Program-made: the position numbers and the translations under genes
The notes under the pieces: generated by a model
The model's input: the letters and a program-made list of their open reading frames with translations, nothing else
Databases searched by the model: none
What the model was told of the DNA's origin: nothing
Assembly: GCA_018715325.1 (NCBI GenBank)
Contig: DVLV01000098.1
Coordinates: forward strand, 2,189-66,188
DNA: 64,000 nt
Source: Candidatus Stercorousia faecigallinarum
GTDB lineage: Bacteria > Cyanobacteriota > Vampirovibrionia > Gastranaerophilales > Gastranaerophilaceae
Reading direction: 5' to 3'
Shown here: one piece after another, positions 26,783-35,497 of the stretch
Layout: every line of letters begins with the position of its first letter
How positions within the stretch are numbered: position 1 is the first letter of the stretch

Positions 26783-26822
26783 ATTTGTAAAATTTTTTAT
26801 TTAAAGTGTAAATTTTACAAAT
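26783..26822. promoter_or_regulatory. 12-bp perfect inverted repeat ATTTGTAAAATT-N16-AATTTTACAAAT in the divergent regulator/speD intergenic region
   Basis: Read directly at 26783-26794 and 26811-26822. Confidence 0.35.
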
Positions 26823-26910
26823 TTTCGGATTTTTATTGTAATATGTTTATTGCATAAACAAATTATTTTGTAGTAGATAAGTATACATTTATAGATAGGA
26901 GGCACATGAA

Positions 26911-27366
26911 TTGGCAGTAACATCACCTTTCACAGCGTTTCAGGAAAACGGCAAAAAAGAAATCCACTTAGGACAACACGTTTTAGCAGAATTTTTTGAA
27001 TGTGACCCGAACACATTAAACAGTTTAGATAAAGTAGAAAAGTACATGGTGGATGCCGCCCTTGAATGTGGTGCTACTATTGTCCAAAAATGTTTCCATA
27101 TGTTTAACCCTTATGGAGTTTCAGGTGTGGTAATCATTTCCGAAAGCCATCTGGCTATTCATACCTGGCCTGAATTAGGATATGCCGCTGTTGATTTATT
27201 TACCTGCGGCGATAAATGCGACCCGAAAATTTCTTATGAATTTTTGAAAAAGAAATTTAATTCTAAAAAAGCAACTTTCTCTGAATTAAAAAGAGGTATT
27301 ATTGATGAAGAAACTCTTAAAGTTGCTGAAAAACCGTTTGAAATCATGCAGCAATTTGCTGATTAG
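26911..27366 (+). CDS. speD: S-adenosylmethionine decarboxylase proenzyme (small bacterial class)
   Basis: HVLAEFFECD...GVSGVVIISESHLAIHTWPE...DLFTCG includes the E-S-H self-processing site. The TTG start lies 7 nt after AGGAGG. Confidence 0.85.
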   Translation: MAVTSPFTAFQENGKKEIHLGQHVLAEFFECDPNTLNSLDKVEKYMVDAALECGATIVQKCFHMFNPYGVSGVVIISESHLAIHTWPELGYAAVDLFTCGDKCDPKISYEFLKKKFNSKKATFSELKRGIIDEETLKVAEKPFEIMQQFAD

Positions 27367-27420
27367 GAGCCAGCCAATATTTCAGTAATATTTGGAATAG
27401 CATGAATTTTAATATTTTAA

Positions 27421-27458
27421 AAACAAAAGACCATTTTTAATATGGTCTTTTGTTTTTG
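27421..27458 (+). terminator. rho-independent terminator after speD
   Basis: 13-bp stem AACAAAAGACCAT/ATGGTCTTTTGTT with a 7-nt loop and a T-rich tail. It overlaps the TTG start proposed by the ORF track for the next gene. Confidence 0.65.
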
Positions 27459-27539
27459 TTAAATCATGTAAAAAATTTGCCTTCATGCCATGACAATAAG
27501 CAGCTCTTTTTGTATGATTTTTTATATCAGGGGGTAGAA

Positions 27540-28019
27540 ATGCCGGAAGATTTAATTGAAAAAAAATCAAATTTTGACTTAACATCAAGAAGTGCTTTTT
27601 CTCGAGATGAAGAAGTTTTCACTTCCCGTTCTTATGCGGCGCTTTTAGCAAAAAATATTATACCGTATTCACATCGAAAAATCGCCGATAATTACGTGAT
27701 TGTTAAACGTATTTTTAAATTTCAGGCCGTTATGCCGAGAATTACGAACGCGGAAAAAACACTGCTTGCAAAATATGATTTTAATACACTTGAATTTACC
27801 ACTGTTAAGCAAATGTATGAAGAACTTGCTTTATTGCAAAAATGGTCAATGTCAGGTGATGAAAATTTGAAAAAAGATTCCGACATGCTTCTTGAAATCA
27901 GAACAAAAGAACTTAAATTTATTGTGGCAACAAGCTATGCAAATATTTCCAACGAAATTTATAAAGGCTACCTTGCTTTAGAAAGCTATTTTACCGAAAT
28001 CAGCAAGTATAATGATTAA
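27540..28019 (+). CDS. hypothetical protein
   Basis: The ATG at 27540 (MPEDLIEKK) is preceded by GGGGG. The upstream extension of the track ORF lies inside the speD terminator. Confidence 0.5.
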   Translation: MPEDLIEKKSNFDLTSRSAFSRDEEVFTSRSYAALLAKNIIPYSHRKIADNYVIVKRIFKFQAVMPRITNAEKTLLAKYDFNTLEFTTVKQMYEELALLQKWSMSGDENLKKDSDMLLEIRTKELKFIVATSYANISNEIYKGYLALESYFTEISKYND

Positions 28020-28101
28020 TTGTTGCTGATTGTAAATATATTCACTATTAACCGGCAAATTATTTTATTTTTGCTTGTTAGTTGTGTGGAAAGGCTTAAA
28101 T

Positions 28102-28644
28102 ATGTCAGTTAATGCGATTAATTCTGTATCAAAATCTCAAGTAAAATTTAGTGCGAGTTTTAATTTGCCTGAAAGAAAAACAGGTATGAGTTCGGAAACA
28201 AAGGCTTTAATAGGATTATCTGCTCTTGGTGCAACTATTGCAGGCGGTGTGCTTGTAAAAAAAACTATTGATGCAAATAAAATTTCAGCCCTTGCAAAAA
28301 AATTGCTTAAAAAGCCTGAAACTTTTGATCTTGAATCTGTTAAAGACATAGCTGTAGGATTTGCCAAAGCAGGTATAGCCGTACCCGGTGATTCCGTTTT
28401 GATTATGGGAAGAGATATGTTAAAGGAACTGGCTCAAACCTCACCGAAAAGTAAATGGGCTAAACTGATTAAGTCTATGCAAATGTCAGAAACAGGTTTT
28501 GCCTCTGTTATCCAAAAACCTGATAATATAGTTGTTTATGAGTCTTTAAGATTTTTTGATCCTGAAAAAATTACATATAAACCGCTTCTAAAAACTTTGC
28601 AAGAAGGACGATATTACCAATTTAAATTGAAAAAGAACGGATAA
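28102..28644 (+). CDS. hypothetical single-pass membrane protein carrying the recurrent N-terminal motif
   Basis: The ATG at 28102 gives MSVNAINSVSKSQVKFSASF, followed by the TM ALIGLSALGATIAGGVLV. Confidence 0.5.
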   Translation: MSVNAINSVSKSQVKFSASFNLPERKTGMSSETKALIGLSALGATIAGGVLVKKTIDANKISALAKKLLKKPETFDLESVKDIAVGFAKAGIAVPGDSVLIMGRDMLKELAQTSPKSKWAKLIKSMQMSETGFASVIQKPDNIVVYESLRFFDPEKITYKPLLKTLQEGRYYQFKLKKNG

Positions 28645-28646
28645 TA

Positions 28647-28946
28647 TTACTCATTGATTGTTGCTTTTATTATTTTATAAATTGTTTCAATTTTTTCTCT
28701 GTCTTTGAGATTTTGTACATCTGAAACTATTTCACTTATCAATTCTTCTTTTGGTTTTATGTGATCAAATGCAAAAAGTTCTGAACTTGACACATTAAGG
28801 GCTTCAAAAACTTTTTCCAGAGTTTCTGCAGTTACAAAGTTTTCACCATTTTCAATTCCGCTTAATGTTCTGGGAGCAATTTCAATTTTTTCTGCTAATT
28901 GTTCCTGTGTGTATCCGCGTTTTTGTCTAAGTCTTTTAATTTTACG
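28647..28946 (-). pseudogene. XRE-family HTH gene lacking a canonical start codon (5'-truncated, or non-canonical ATT start)
   Basis: Hand translation of the minus strand: (R)KIKRLRQKRGYTQEQLAEKIEIAPRTLSGIENGENFVTAETLEKVFEALNVSSSELFAF...KATINE*. An in-frame TAA lies at 28947-28949. No ATG/GTG/TTG precedes the HTH. Not in the ORF track. Confidence 0.5.
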
Positions 28947-29032
28947 TTATGCTAAATGTTTTTATATAAGTATAAGATGTGCAAATTGCAATTGACACGA
29001 GTGAAGATATTAAATGAAAAGGAGATTGAAGT

Positions 29033-29680
29033 ATGACAGAAATTAACAAGATTAATGGAAACGGGTTAAAAAACAGCGGGAAAATTTCATCAAATCCTAA
29101 ACCAGAAAAGGGGAAGGAGCCAAACGTAAATTCTATAATGGTTGGCGGGATTAAGTATAACAAAAATGATGTAATTCAAACCAGAATTTCTCAAATTTCT
29201 TTACCTGATGCGTTAGACGGAAGTATTTTCAAAGATGCTGCCAGATATGAAGTAACCTTAAAAGATGGAACAAAGATTATGCACACCTCGTCAAATACCG
29301 ATGAAGTGTCTACAGAAGAACAAAACTTAAGACGTAATGCAGAAGTACAGGTTGAGAGAGACGGAACTATCAATTTTAAAGGTTTATACGGGGCTGAGAT
29401 AACAGATACGCCTAAAAATGATAATTACAGACTTTTAGGATGTGATTATACGGATGTACATGCAGAAAGAGAAACTCCTGTACCAAAAAGTATTGTGGAG
29501 CGATTATCCGAAGCAGTTGGAGGATATGTTCCCGAAAAAACTGTTGGAGCTGACGCTGACACAATTACCGTTGCTGGAAGAGTGCTTCCAAACGGAGAAA
29601 TTCAAAAAAGCGGTTTTATGAATGATATTAATGTTAATGATGGAGATGTTGTTAACTATCTGAAACCTGAAGAAAATTAA
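29033..29680 (+). CDS. hypothetical protein
   Basis: 215-aa ORF with SD AAAGGAG upstream. No recognisable motif. Divergent from the XRE remnant. Confidence 0.5.
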   Translation: MTEINKINGNGLKNSGKISSNPKPEKGKEPNVNSIMVGGIKYNKNDVIQTRISQISLPDALDGSIFKDAARYEVTLKDGTKIMHTSSNTDEVSTEEQNLRRNAEVQVERDGTINFKGLYGAEITDTPKNDNYRLLGCDYTDVHAERETPVPKSIVERLSEAVGGYVPEKTVGADADTITVAGRVLPNGEIQKSGFMNDINVNDGDVVNYLKPEEN

Positions 29681-29702
29681 AACTTATTGCATTCTTAATA
29701 AA

Positions 29703-29728
29703 AAAGGCTCTCATTATGAGAGCCTTTT
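29703..29728. terminator. bidirectional rho-independent terminator
   Basis: GGCTCTCA-tta-TGAGAGCC stem flanked by A5 and T4. It lies between convergent genes 29033..29680(+) and rpsP(-). Confidence 0.7.
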
Positions 29729-29746
29729 AATAATGTTACATTTTTC

Positions 29747-30115
29747 TTACGCTTCAGCCGGAGCTTCTGCAGCTTGAGCGGCTTCTGCCTCTGCAGCCGC
29801 TTTTGCCTCAGCTTCTGCTTGAGCCTTAGCCTGTGCTTTTTTAGAAAGTTTTACTGTTTCTTTTTTAACGTAATTTAAAGTGCCGTCATCATTACAGTTT
29901 TTGATTAAGTAAGCAACTGTTTCTGTAGGTTGTGCACCTTTTTTAATCCAATCTAAAGCAGAAGTTTTATCTAACTGCATAACTTTAGTTTTCGGATTGT
30001 AGTGACCTAATTCCTGTACAGGTCTTCCTTCACGTTTTGTTGTTGAATTGATTACGATAATTCTGTATGTAGGGTTCTTTTTTGCACCCAATCTTTTTAA
30101 TCTGATTTTTAACAT
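29747..30115 (-). CDS. rpsP: 30S ribosomal protein S16 with Ala/Glu-rich C-terminal extension
   Basis: MLKIRLKRLGAKKNPTYRIIV...GHYNP is the canonical S16 N-terminus. The tail is KAQAEAEAKAAAEAEAAQAAEAPAEA. Confidence 0.9.
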   Translation of the reverse strand: MLKIRLKRLGAKKNPTYRIIVINSTTKREGRPVQELGHYNPKTKVMQLDKTSALDWIKKGAQPTETVAYLIKNCNDDGTLNYVKKETVKLSKKAQAKAQAEAEAKAAAEAEAAQAAEAPAEA

Positions 30116-30307
30116 TTTGTTTTCCCTTATTTTTTAGTTCTATTCATCGGGGCTTCATCCAACGCAGCCGCCGCTTTGTATGACGACCCCTTGAATAAGG
30201 TTAAGAGGAATTACCTTATTCCGATTTTATCAAACCATAAAAACATTATCTAATCAAGTGTTTTGTTACAAAATTGAAAAATACGAAGAAATCTGTATAA
30301 TTATGGT

Positions 30308-31654
30308 ATGGACGGTTTAGATACTAGCAGGCTTGATGAATTAAAGCAAAGGGTTAAAAATAAGCTTGATGAAACGGAATTATTTCGTTTCAAAGGCACT
30401 GTGTCTAAGCTTTTGGGATTGACGGTCGAGGTAAAGCTTCCGGGATTGAAAATCGGTGATTTATGCTATATTGAAACTTACGACGGACGTAAAAAGCCTG
30501 CTGAAGTTGTTGCTTTTAAAGGTGAAGCAGCCCAGTTACTTTTGCTTTATGACGGAGAAGGTATCGGGCAGGGAAGTCTTGTAACTTCTACGGGTAAACC
30601 TATTATTATTCCCGTCGGGGATTTTCTTCTCGGACGTCTTATAAATCCAATGGGCGAGCCGATTGACGGAAAGCCTTTGGATACTTCCGGTGCTACATGG
30701 CGTCCTGTTGAGGGACCTCCTCCCGGACCTTTTGAAAGACCGATTATTACCGAAGTTTTTTCAACGGGTGTAAGAGCTATTGACAGTTGTATGACAATGG
30801 GCTGCGGTCAGCGTTTGGGTTTATTTGCAGGGTCAGGCGTAGGAAAAAGTACATTGCTCGGTATGATTGCAAGAAATTCAGATGCTGATGTTAACGTTGT
30901 AGCTTTGATTGGAGAACGCGGTCGTGAGGTAAAAGAGTTTGTTGAAGATGCATTAGGAGAACAGGGTATGGCAAAATCCGTTCTTGTATGCTCTACAGGC
31001 GATCAGCCCCCTTTGATCAGACAAAAAGCCTTGCTTACGGCAACGGCTGTGTGTGAATATTTCAGAGATCAGGGGAAAAAAGTTTTCTTAATGACCGATA
31101 CTGTTACCAGATGCGCAATGGCAGGGCGTGAAGTTGGTTTATCAATAGGTGAACCGCCTACTATGAAAGGCTATCCGCCTTCTATTTTTTCATGGCTTCA
31201 AAAAGTTCTAGAACGTGCGGGAAACAGTCCTAAAGGTTCCGTTACGGCGCTATATACCGTTTTAATGGAAGGCGATGATATTTCAGACCCCATTGTTGAT
31301 ATTGTAAGAGGTATTGTTGACGGTCACATTTTCTTATCGAGAAAAGTTGCCGAAATGAATCATTACCCTGCAATTGATGTTCTTGGAAGTATTTCAAGGC
31401 TTATGTCATCTATTGTTACGCAGGAGCACAAGGAAGCTGCAGGCAAAATGCGTGCAATTATGGCTTTGTATCGTGAAAATAAGGATTTGATTGATGTAGG
31501 GATGTATCAGCCGGGGACTAACCCGAGACTTGATATTGCTATTGAAATGATGCCCAAAATTAATGCTTTTTTACAGCAGAGAACATCTGATATAGTCAGC
31601 ATGGACACTACTATAGGAACTCTTGTTGATATGATGCGCGGTGTTGATATTTAA
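30308..31654 (+). CDS. fliI: FliI/YscN-family (flagellar/type III export) ATPase, isolated from other export genes
   Basis: Walker A GLFAGSGVGKSTLLGMI, Walker B VFLMTDTVTR, an F1-beta-like fold and the typical length of 448 aa. The neighbours are rpsP and zupT. There is no SD; TATAAT ends 6 nt before the ATG. Confidence 0.8.
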   Translation: MDGLDTSRLDELKQRVKNKLDETELFRFKGTVSKLLGLTVEVKLPGLKIGDLCYIETYDGRKKPAEVVAFKGEAAQLLLLYDGEGIGQGSLVTSTGKPIIIPVGDFLLGRLINPMGEPIDGKPLDTSGATWRPVEGPPPGPFERPIITEVFSTGVRAIDSCMTMGCGQRLGLFAGSGVGKSTLLGMIARNSDADVNVVALIGERGREVKEFVEDALGEQGMAKSVLVCSTGDQPPLIRQKALLTATAVCEYFRDQGKKVFLMTDTVTRCAMAGREVGLSIGEPPTMKGYPPSIFSWLQKVLERAGNSPKGSVTALYTVLMEGDDISDPIVDIVRGIVDGHIFLSRKVAEMNHYPAIDVLGSISRLMSSIVTQEHKEAAGKMRAIMALYRENKDLIDVGMYQPGTNPRLDIAIEMMPKINAFLQQRTSDIVSMDTTIGTLVDMMRGVDI

Positions 31655-31698
31655 CTTAATTCTTTTGTGGTACAATTATTCCGAAAGGAAATATTATT

Positions 31699-32499
31699 AT
31701 GAATTTACCGCAGAATTTTATCCCCGCTATGTTAATTACCCTGTTTGCAGGCTTGTCTACAGCTATCGGAGGCGGCATAGCTTTTGTCGTAAAAAAAGAT
31801 AATTTGAAAGCCTTATCAGTAGGCTTGGGATTTTCTGCGGGGGTTATGATTTTTGTTTCTTTTATTGACATGCTGCCCGAGGCAGATAAGCTTCTGGCGT
31901 TGAACTTTCCGCATAATCATGACTGGATTACATACGGCGGGTTTATTATCGGTTTAATTGTTGCGATTTTAATCGATTACTTCCTGCCAGATCATATTGA
32001 TACAGATGATGTTTTACATCCTGATGCGCCTGCGCATCATAATTACAAGATTAAGCGTGCTGGTTTGTTTACTGCTATTGCGATTTGTGTTCACAACTTC
32101 CCCGAAGGAATGGCAACATTCTTTACTACTACGCAAAATGTTACTCTCGGATTGTCTGTCGGAATTGCAATTGCTATTCATAATATTCCCGAAGGTATTG
32201 CCGTTGCACTTCCTATGTATCATGTTACGGGCAAAAAACGTTACGCAATGCTGTATGCCGCTTTATCAGGGATTACAGAGCCTATTGGCGCCCTTGTGGG
32301 AATGATGATTTTCGGGCTGTTCCTGCCGCAGGTTTTAATCGGTGCTTTAATGGCTGCTGTTGCAGGGATTATGATTTATATTTCATTTGATACTCTGCTT
32401 CCGCTTGCAAAAGAATACGGAGACTGGCACCAGTCGCTTGTTGGTATAATTTCCGGTATACTTGTTATATGGGTAAGCTTAATTTTGATTGGAGCGTAG
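31699..32499 (+). CDS. zupT: ZIP-family zinc transporter ZupT
   Basis: Multi-pass membrane protein with the paired HNFPEG and HNIPEG motifs. Confidence 0.85.
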   Translation: MNLPQNFIPAMLITLFAGLSTAIGGGIAFVVKKDNLKALSVGLGFSAGVMIFVSFIDMLPEADKLLALNFPHNHDWITYGGFIIGLIVAILIDYFLPDHIDTDDVLHPDAPAHHNYKIKRAGLFTAIAICVHNFPEGMATFFTTTQNVTLGLSVGIAIAIHNIPEGIAVALPMYHVTGKKRYAMLYAALSGITEPIGALVGMMIFGLFLPQVLIGALMAAVAGIMIYISFDTLLPLAKEYGDWHQSLVGIISGILVIWVSLILIGA

Positions 32500-32502
32500 A
32501 CT

Positions 32503-33573
32503 GTGGTTAATCTTTCAAATTTATTTGATATTGCCAGAAATTTGTATGCGCTGCCTGCCTATAATAACAGAAGCGGACTTGCGCCTATGCCTTTAAGGTA
32601 TTTTTTTGAATTGACATACCGTTGTAATCTTAATTGCCCGTATTGTTATGTCGGAAATGACAGAAAAAAAGAAGAACTTACTACTGATGAATGGTTTAAA
32701 ATTATTGAGCAAATTCCGTGGTATTCGTTTGTTACGCTTGTGGGCGGCGAGCCTCTGGTAAGGAAAGATTTTATTGATATTTTGATGAAAACCGCTAAGA
32801 AAACATTCGGGAAATTAAATGTAGTTTCAAACGGTATTTTGATAAATGATGATATTATTGATGCTTTTATTAAAAGTAAAATGATGCTTTTATCTGTTTC
32901 TCTTGACGGTTACGGCAGAAACCACGATATTAACAGGGCTAAAGACGGGATTTGGGACAAAATTATGAATAATTTTGAAAATATGAATTCCCGTAAAAAA
33001 CGTCCTATGATTGATATTAAAACAATTGTTCTTGAAAATAATCTTGATGATATTGTTAAACTTTATAAAATGTGTGATGAAAAGAATTTTAATTTTTTAT
33101 CAATATCGTTTTTAAGAAACAATAATTTAAAACAAAATTCTGTTTTATTTGACAGTTTTGTTCCTGAGTTTAATGCAAATTATCCTATTGAAAAATATTT
33201 TGATATGGAGCATTTTAAAGAAGTATATAAAGAACTGATGTGTTTAAGCAGGAAGTCAAAAGTTAAAATTCGTTTTTCTCCTAAATTTGAGTATTCGGAA
33301 AATCCGCTTGACAAAATTGAGGAGTTTTTTAACACACCTGCCGATAAACCGGTGTCTGAAATTTATAAACCTTGTATGTACCCATATTCTAATATGATGA
33401 TTACACCGGCAGGTGATGTTTATCCGTGCCTTTCGCAAAAAATCGGAAATGTAAAAGATATGAAAATTAAGGAAGTTTTTAATCTTCCGCATTACAGATG
33501 TTTTCGAAAAAATCTGCATGCCGCAAAAGTTTTCGGAGCCTGCCAGATGTGCTGTGAGCTATGTGTCAAATAG
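32503..33573 (+). CDS. radical SAM protein with C-terminal SPASM-like Cys cluster
   Basis: CNLNCPYCY is a CxxxCxxC motif. The C-terminal Cys-rich region is YKPCMYP...DVYPCLSQ...CFRKN...GACQMCCELC. The GTG start lies 3 nt after the zupT stop, with GGAGCG upstream. Confidence 0.8.
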   Translation: MVNLSNLFDIARNLYALPAYNNRSGLAPMPLRYFFELTYRCNLNCPYCYVGNDRKKEELTTDEWFKIIEQIPWYSFVTLVGGEPLVRKDFIDILMKTAKKTFGKLNVVSNGILINDDIIDAFIKSKMMLLSVSLDGYGRNHDINRAKDGIWDKIMNNFENMNSRKKRPMIDIKTIVLENNLDDIVKLYKMCDEKNFNFLSISFLRNNNLKQNSVLFDSFVPEFNANYPIEKYFDMEHFKEVYKELMCLSRKSKVKIRFSPKFEYSENPLDKIEEFFNTPADKPVSEIYKPCMYPYSNMMITPAGDVYPCLSQKIGNVKDMKIKEVFNLPHYRCFRKNLHAAKVFGACQMCCELCVK

Positions 33574-33574
33574 T

Positions 33575-34264
33575 TTATGGGAGATTTTTGAAGTAATTTG
33601 GGTCTGTTAATGCTTTATAGGTACAGCCTATACCATTAATGTTCCCGGTTGAAGTTTCAGAGCATTCTCTGTTATAAAAATCTGTACCTTCTTGCCCCAT
33701 TGGAAGGAGTTTTCCATTATCCATTAACTGAAAAGTAAATACATCATGTCCCCAGGCATTTGGTTTCTTAGATGCTCCATTAATATCTGCAGTTAAGTAT
33801 ACTGTTGGAGTTTTTTCGTTTTCTATCATTATCAGCATTCCATTTTTTAGAACAAATTGTCCGTCGTCAATATAGCGGGTAGATATACTTTGTGTTTTTT
33901 TTGAGAAGTTTTTATAGTTAATGTTTACTTCATTGCCGCTATCATCCGCTCCGCCACAGATTATTGAGTTTGTAACTCCTTTATTACCACCCCAGGAACA
34001 ATCTGTTGGATTATCAAAATATGGCATTATTAAACTTTTAAACTGTCTGTACTCTACATTTTTTGAAGTTAGTGTTTCTCCGGCACCGTTATTTGCGTTG
34101 ATTATAGCTTGATTTATTAATGAGTATGCGACTTTTAAACCTGTTTCAAGTTCTTTGGTCTGTTTTTTTTGTATTAATGATGGCAGAGTTAATGCTGCAA
34201 TTACACCGATAATTCCTAATGTAATAAGTACTTCTGCAAGTGTAAAACCAAATTTTTTCACCAT
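33575..34264 (-). CDS. prepilin-type N-terminal cleavage/methylation-domain protein (pilin-like paralogue 4)
   Basis: MVKKFG|FTLAEVLITLGIIGVIAALTLP. Motif ADINGASKKPNAWGHDVFTF. Confidence 0.85.
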   Translation of the reverse strand: MVKKFGFTLAEVLITLGIIGVIAALTLPSLIQKKQTKELETGLKVAYSLINQAIINANNGAGETLTSKNVEYRQFKSLIMPYFDNPTDCSWGGNKGVTNSIICGGADDSGNEVNINYKNFSKKTQSISTRYIDDGQFVLKNGMLIMIENEKTPTVYLTADINGASKKPNAWGHDVFTFQLMDNGKLLPMGQEGTDFYNRECSETSTGNINGIGCTYKALTDPNYFKNLP

Positions 34265-34292
34265 AATAAACCCTTCTTTTAGTTATTAAATA

Positions 34293-34355
34293 ATTACTAT
34301 AGTAGTTATATTATTACTATAGAGTATAGTGAGTTTTTTGTCAATAGAATAAAAT
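34293..34355. promoter_or_regulatory. candidate operator/promoter block: direct repeat ATTACTATAG x2 plus TTGTCAATAGAATAAAAT box
   Basis: ATTACTATAG occurs at 34293-34302 and 34313-34322. TTGTCAATAG[A/T]ATAAAAT occurs at 34338-34355 and also at 2831-2848, each ending 6 nt before an XRE ATG. Confidence 0.45.
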
Positions 34356-34361
34356 ATATAA

Positions 34362-34586
34362 ATGAATAAAATCGAATTTTTACAGGATTTAGGGTTTGCA
34401 ATAAAGGTTGCAAGGTTGCGGCAAAAGATTTCTCAGGAACGGCTGGCAGAACTTTCTGATTGTAGTATGTCTTATATCGGTTTTGTTGAAAGAGGGGAAA
34501 AAAGCATTTCTTTATATAATTTTTTAAAAATCGCTAATGTTTTAAATTTAGACCTGGGCAAATTTTTGGGAGATTATAAGTTTTAA
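34362..34586 (+). CDS. XRE-family helix-turn-helix transcriptional regulator
   Basis: RQKISQERLAELSDCSMSYIGFVERGEKS HTH. Divergent from pilin-like gene 33575..34264. No SD. Confidence 0.85.
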   Translation: MNKIEFLQDLGFAIKVARLRQKISQERLAELSDCSMSYIGFVERGEKSISLYNFLKIANVLNLDLGKFLGDYKF

Positions 34587-34733
34587 ATTAAGCATGAAAA
34601 CATGGATATGTATGCATGTGCTTATAATTGTGGACTTTTCAAATATTTAGAATAAGTTATACTGAAAATGTGGTTAAGGTTCACGCCCTCAAGATGGCAA
34701 AATCGTTTACCACACGGGTTAGGGGATAGTGGT

Positions 34734-35114
34734 ATGGGATATATTCACTGCTGCGGTGCCTTGCATAAGACCAGAACTTATCGTCTTGTGCCGCAGGGCA
34801 GCTTCATTCTATGCGAACTGGATTACCTTGCAAAATGTCCTGTTTGCGGACATACGGTTGTTCAGCTTACAAGAGTTGACAGAGATGATAATATATCTGT
34901 TGTCAGGAAAGTTAATAAAAAAGCTAAATTATTTTTTGAGAAATTGAAGAAACTTATTTTATATGAAGTTCGTTCAATTAAGTACAACAAGGTAAATTGC
35001 GGGAAATTTTATCTTAATTACAATGAATTCGGTGTTAAGAAAAGATGTTATTCAAACTTAAGAACATTAAAAATCGGATTAGCCGAAAACAAAGATTTAA
35101 AAATCAATCCTTAA
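34734..35114 (+). CDS. hypothetical Cys/His-rich (zinc-ribbon-like) protein
   Basis: The ATG at 34734 lies 7 nt after AGGGGA. MGYIHCCGALHK...CPVCGH suggests a metal-binding knuckle. A strong terminator follows. Confidence 0.45.
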   Translation: MGYIHCCGALHKTRTYRLVPQGSFILCELDYLAKCPVCGHTVVQLTRVDRDDNISVVRKVNKKAKLFFEKLKKLILYEVRSIKYNKVNCGKFYLNYNEFGVKKRCYSNLRTLKIGLAENKDLKINP

Positions 35115-35130
35115 AATTATCTTACTCTCC

Positions 35131-35157
35131 GGGCGGATTACCCGCCCTGTTTTTTTT
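35131..35157 (+). terminator. rho-independent terminator
   Basis: GGGCGG-attac-CCGCCC stem followed by T8. Confidence 0.75.
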
Positions 35158-35236
35158 GAACGGAAATATTATGAATGAACAACAAATATTTTTTAGTATG
35201 CTGAATATAAATTTAAAATAAAAGGGAATTAGGAAA

Positions 35237-35497
35237 ATGGCACTATCTCCAAAGGAAGTTAAAGTATTGACTTTGGTTGCAATGGGCTATTCTGATAAAG
35301 AAATCGGAGTCGAATTAAAAATAGCTTACGGAACCGTCAGGAACCATATTGATAAAGTTGTCTTAAAGTTAAACGCACAGAATAGGACACATGCAGCCAT
35401 AATTTATAAACTTATGAATAAAGATTGGTTAGAGGATATTTATGAAACGAATAATAATACATTGGACCGCAGGAGGATATTATCCGACAGATTATGA
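35237..35497 (+). CDS. LuxR/GerE-family HTH regulator
   Basis: LSPKEVKVLTLVAMGYSDKEIGVELKIAYGTVRNHIDKVVLKL is the GerE-type HTH. SD AGGAAA upstream. Confidence 0.8.
   Translation: MALSPKEVKVLTLVAMGYSDKEIGVELKIAYGTVRNHIDKVVLKLNAQNRTHAAIIYKLMNKDWLEDIYETNNNTLDRRRILSDRL

Noticed and set aside
29747-29840. The Ala/Glu-rich 3' part of rpsP as a separate gene or a fusion
   Set aside because: It is continuous in frame with a canonical S16 core, so I interpret it as a low-complexity C-terminal extension.
34668-34733. N-terminal extension of ORF 34668..35114, and overlapping ORF 34729..34947
   Set aside because: The upstream start lacks an SD, whereas the ATG at 34734 lies 7 nt after AGGGGA. The overlapping frame has no support.
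35442-35497. The 56-nt overlap of the LuxR and amidase ORFs as a frameshift or fusion artefact
   Set aside because: The two ORFs are in different frames, each has its own SD, and each encodes a complete recognisable domain. Overlap is common in phage modules.
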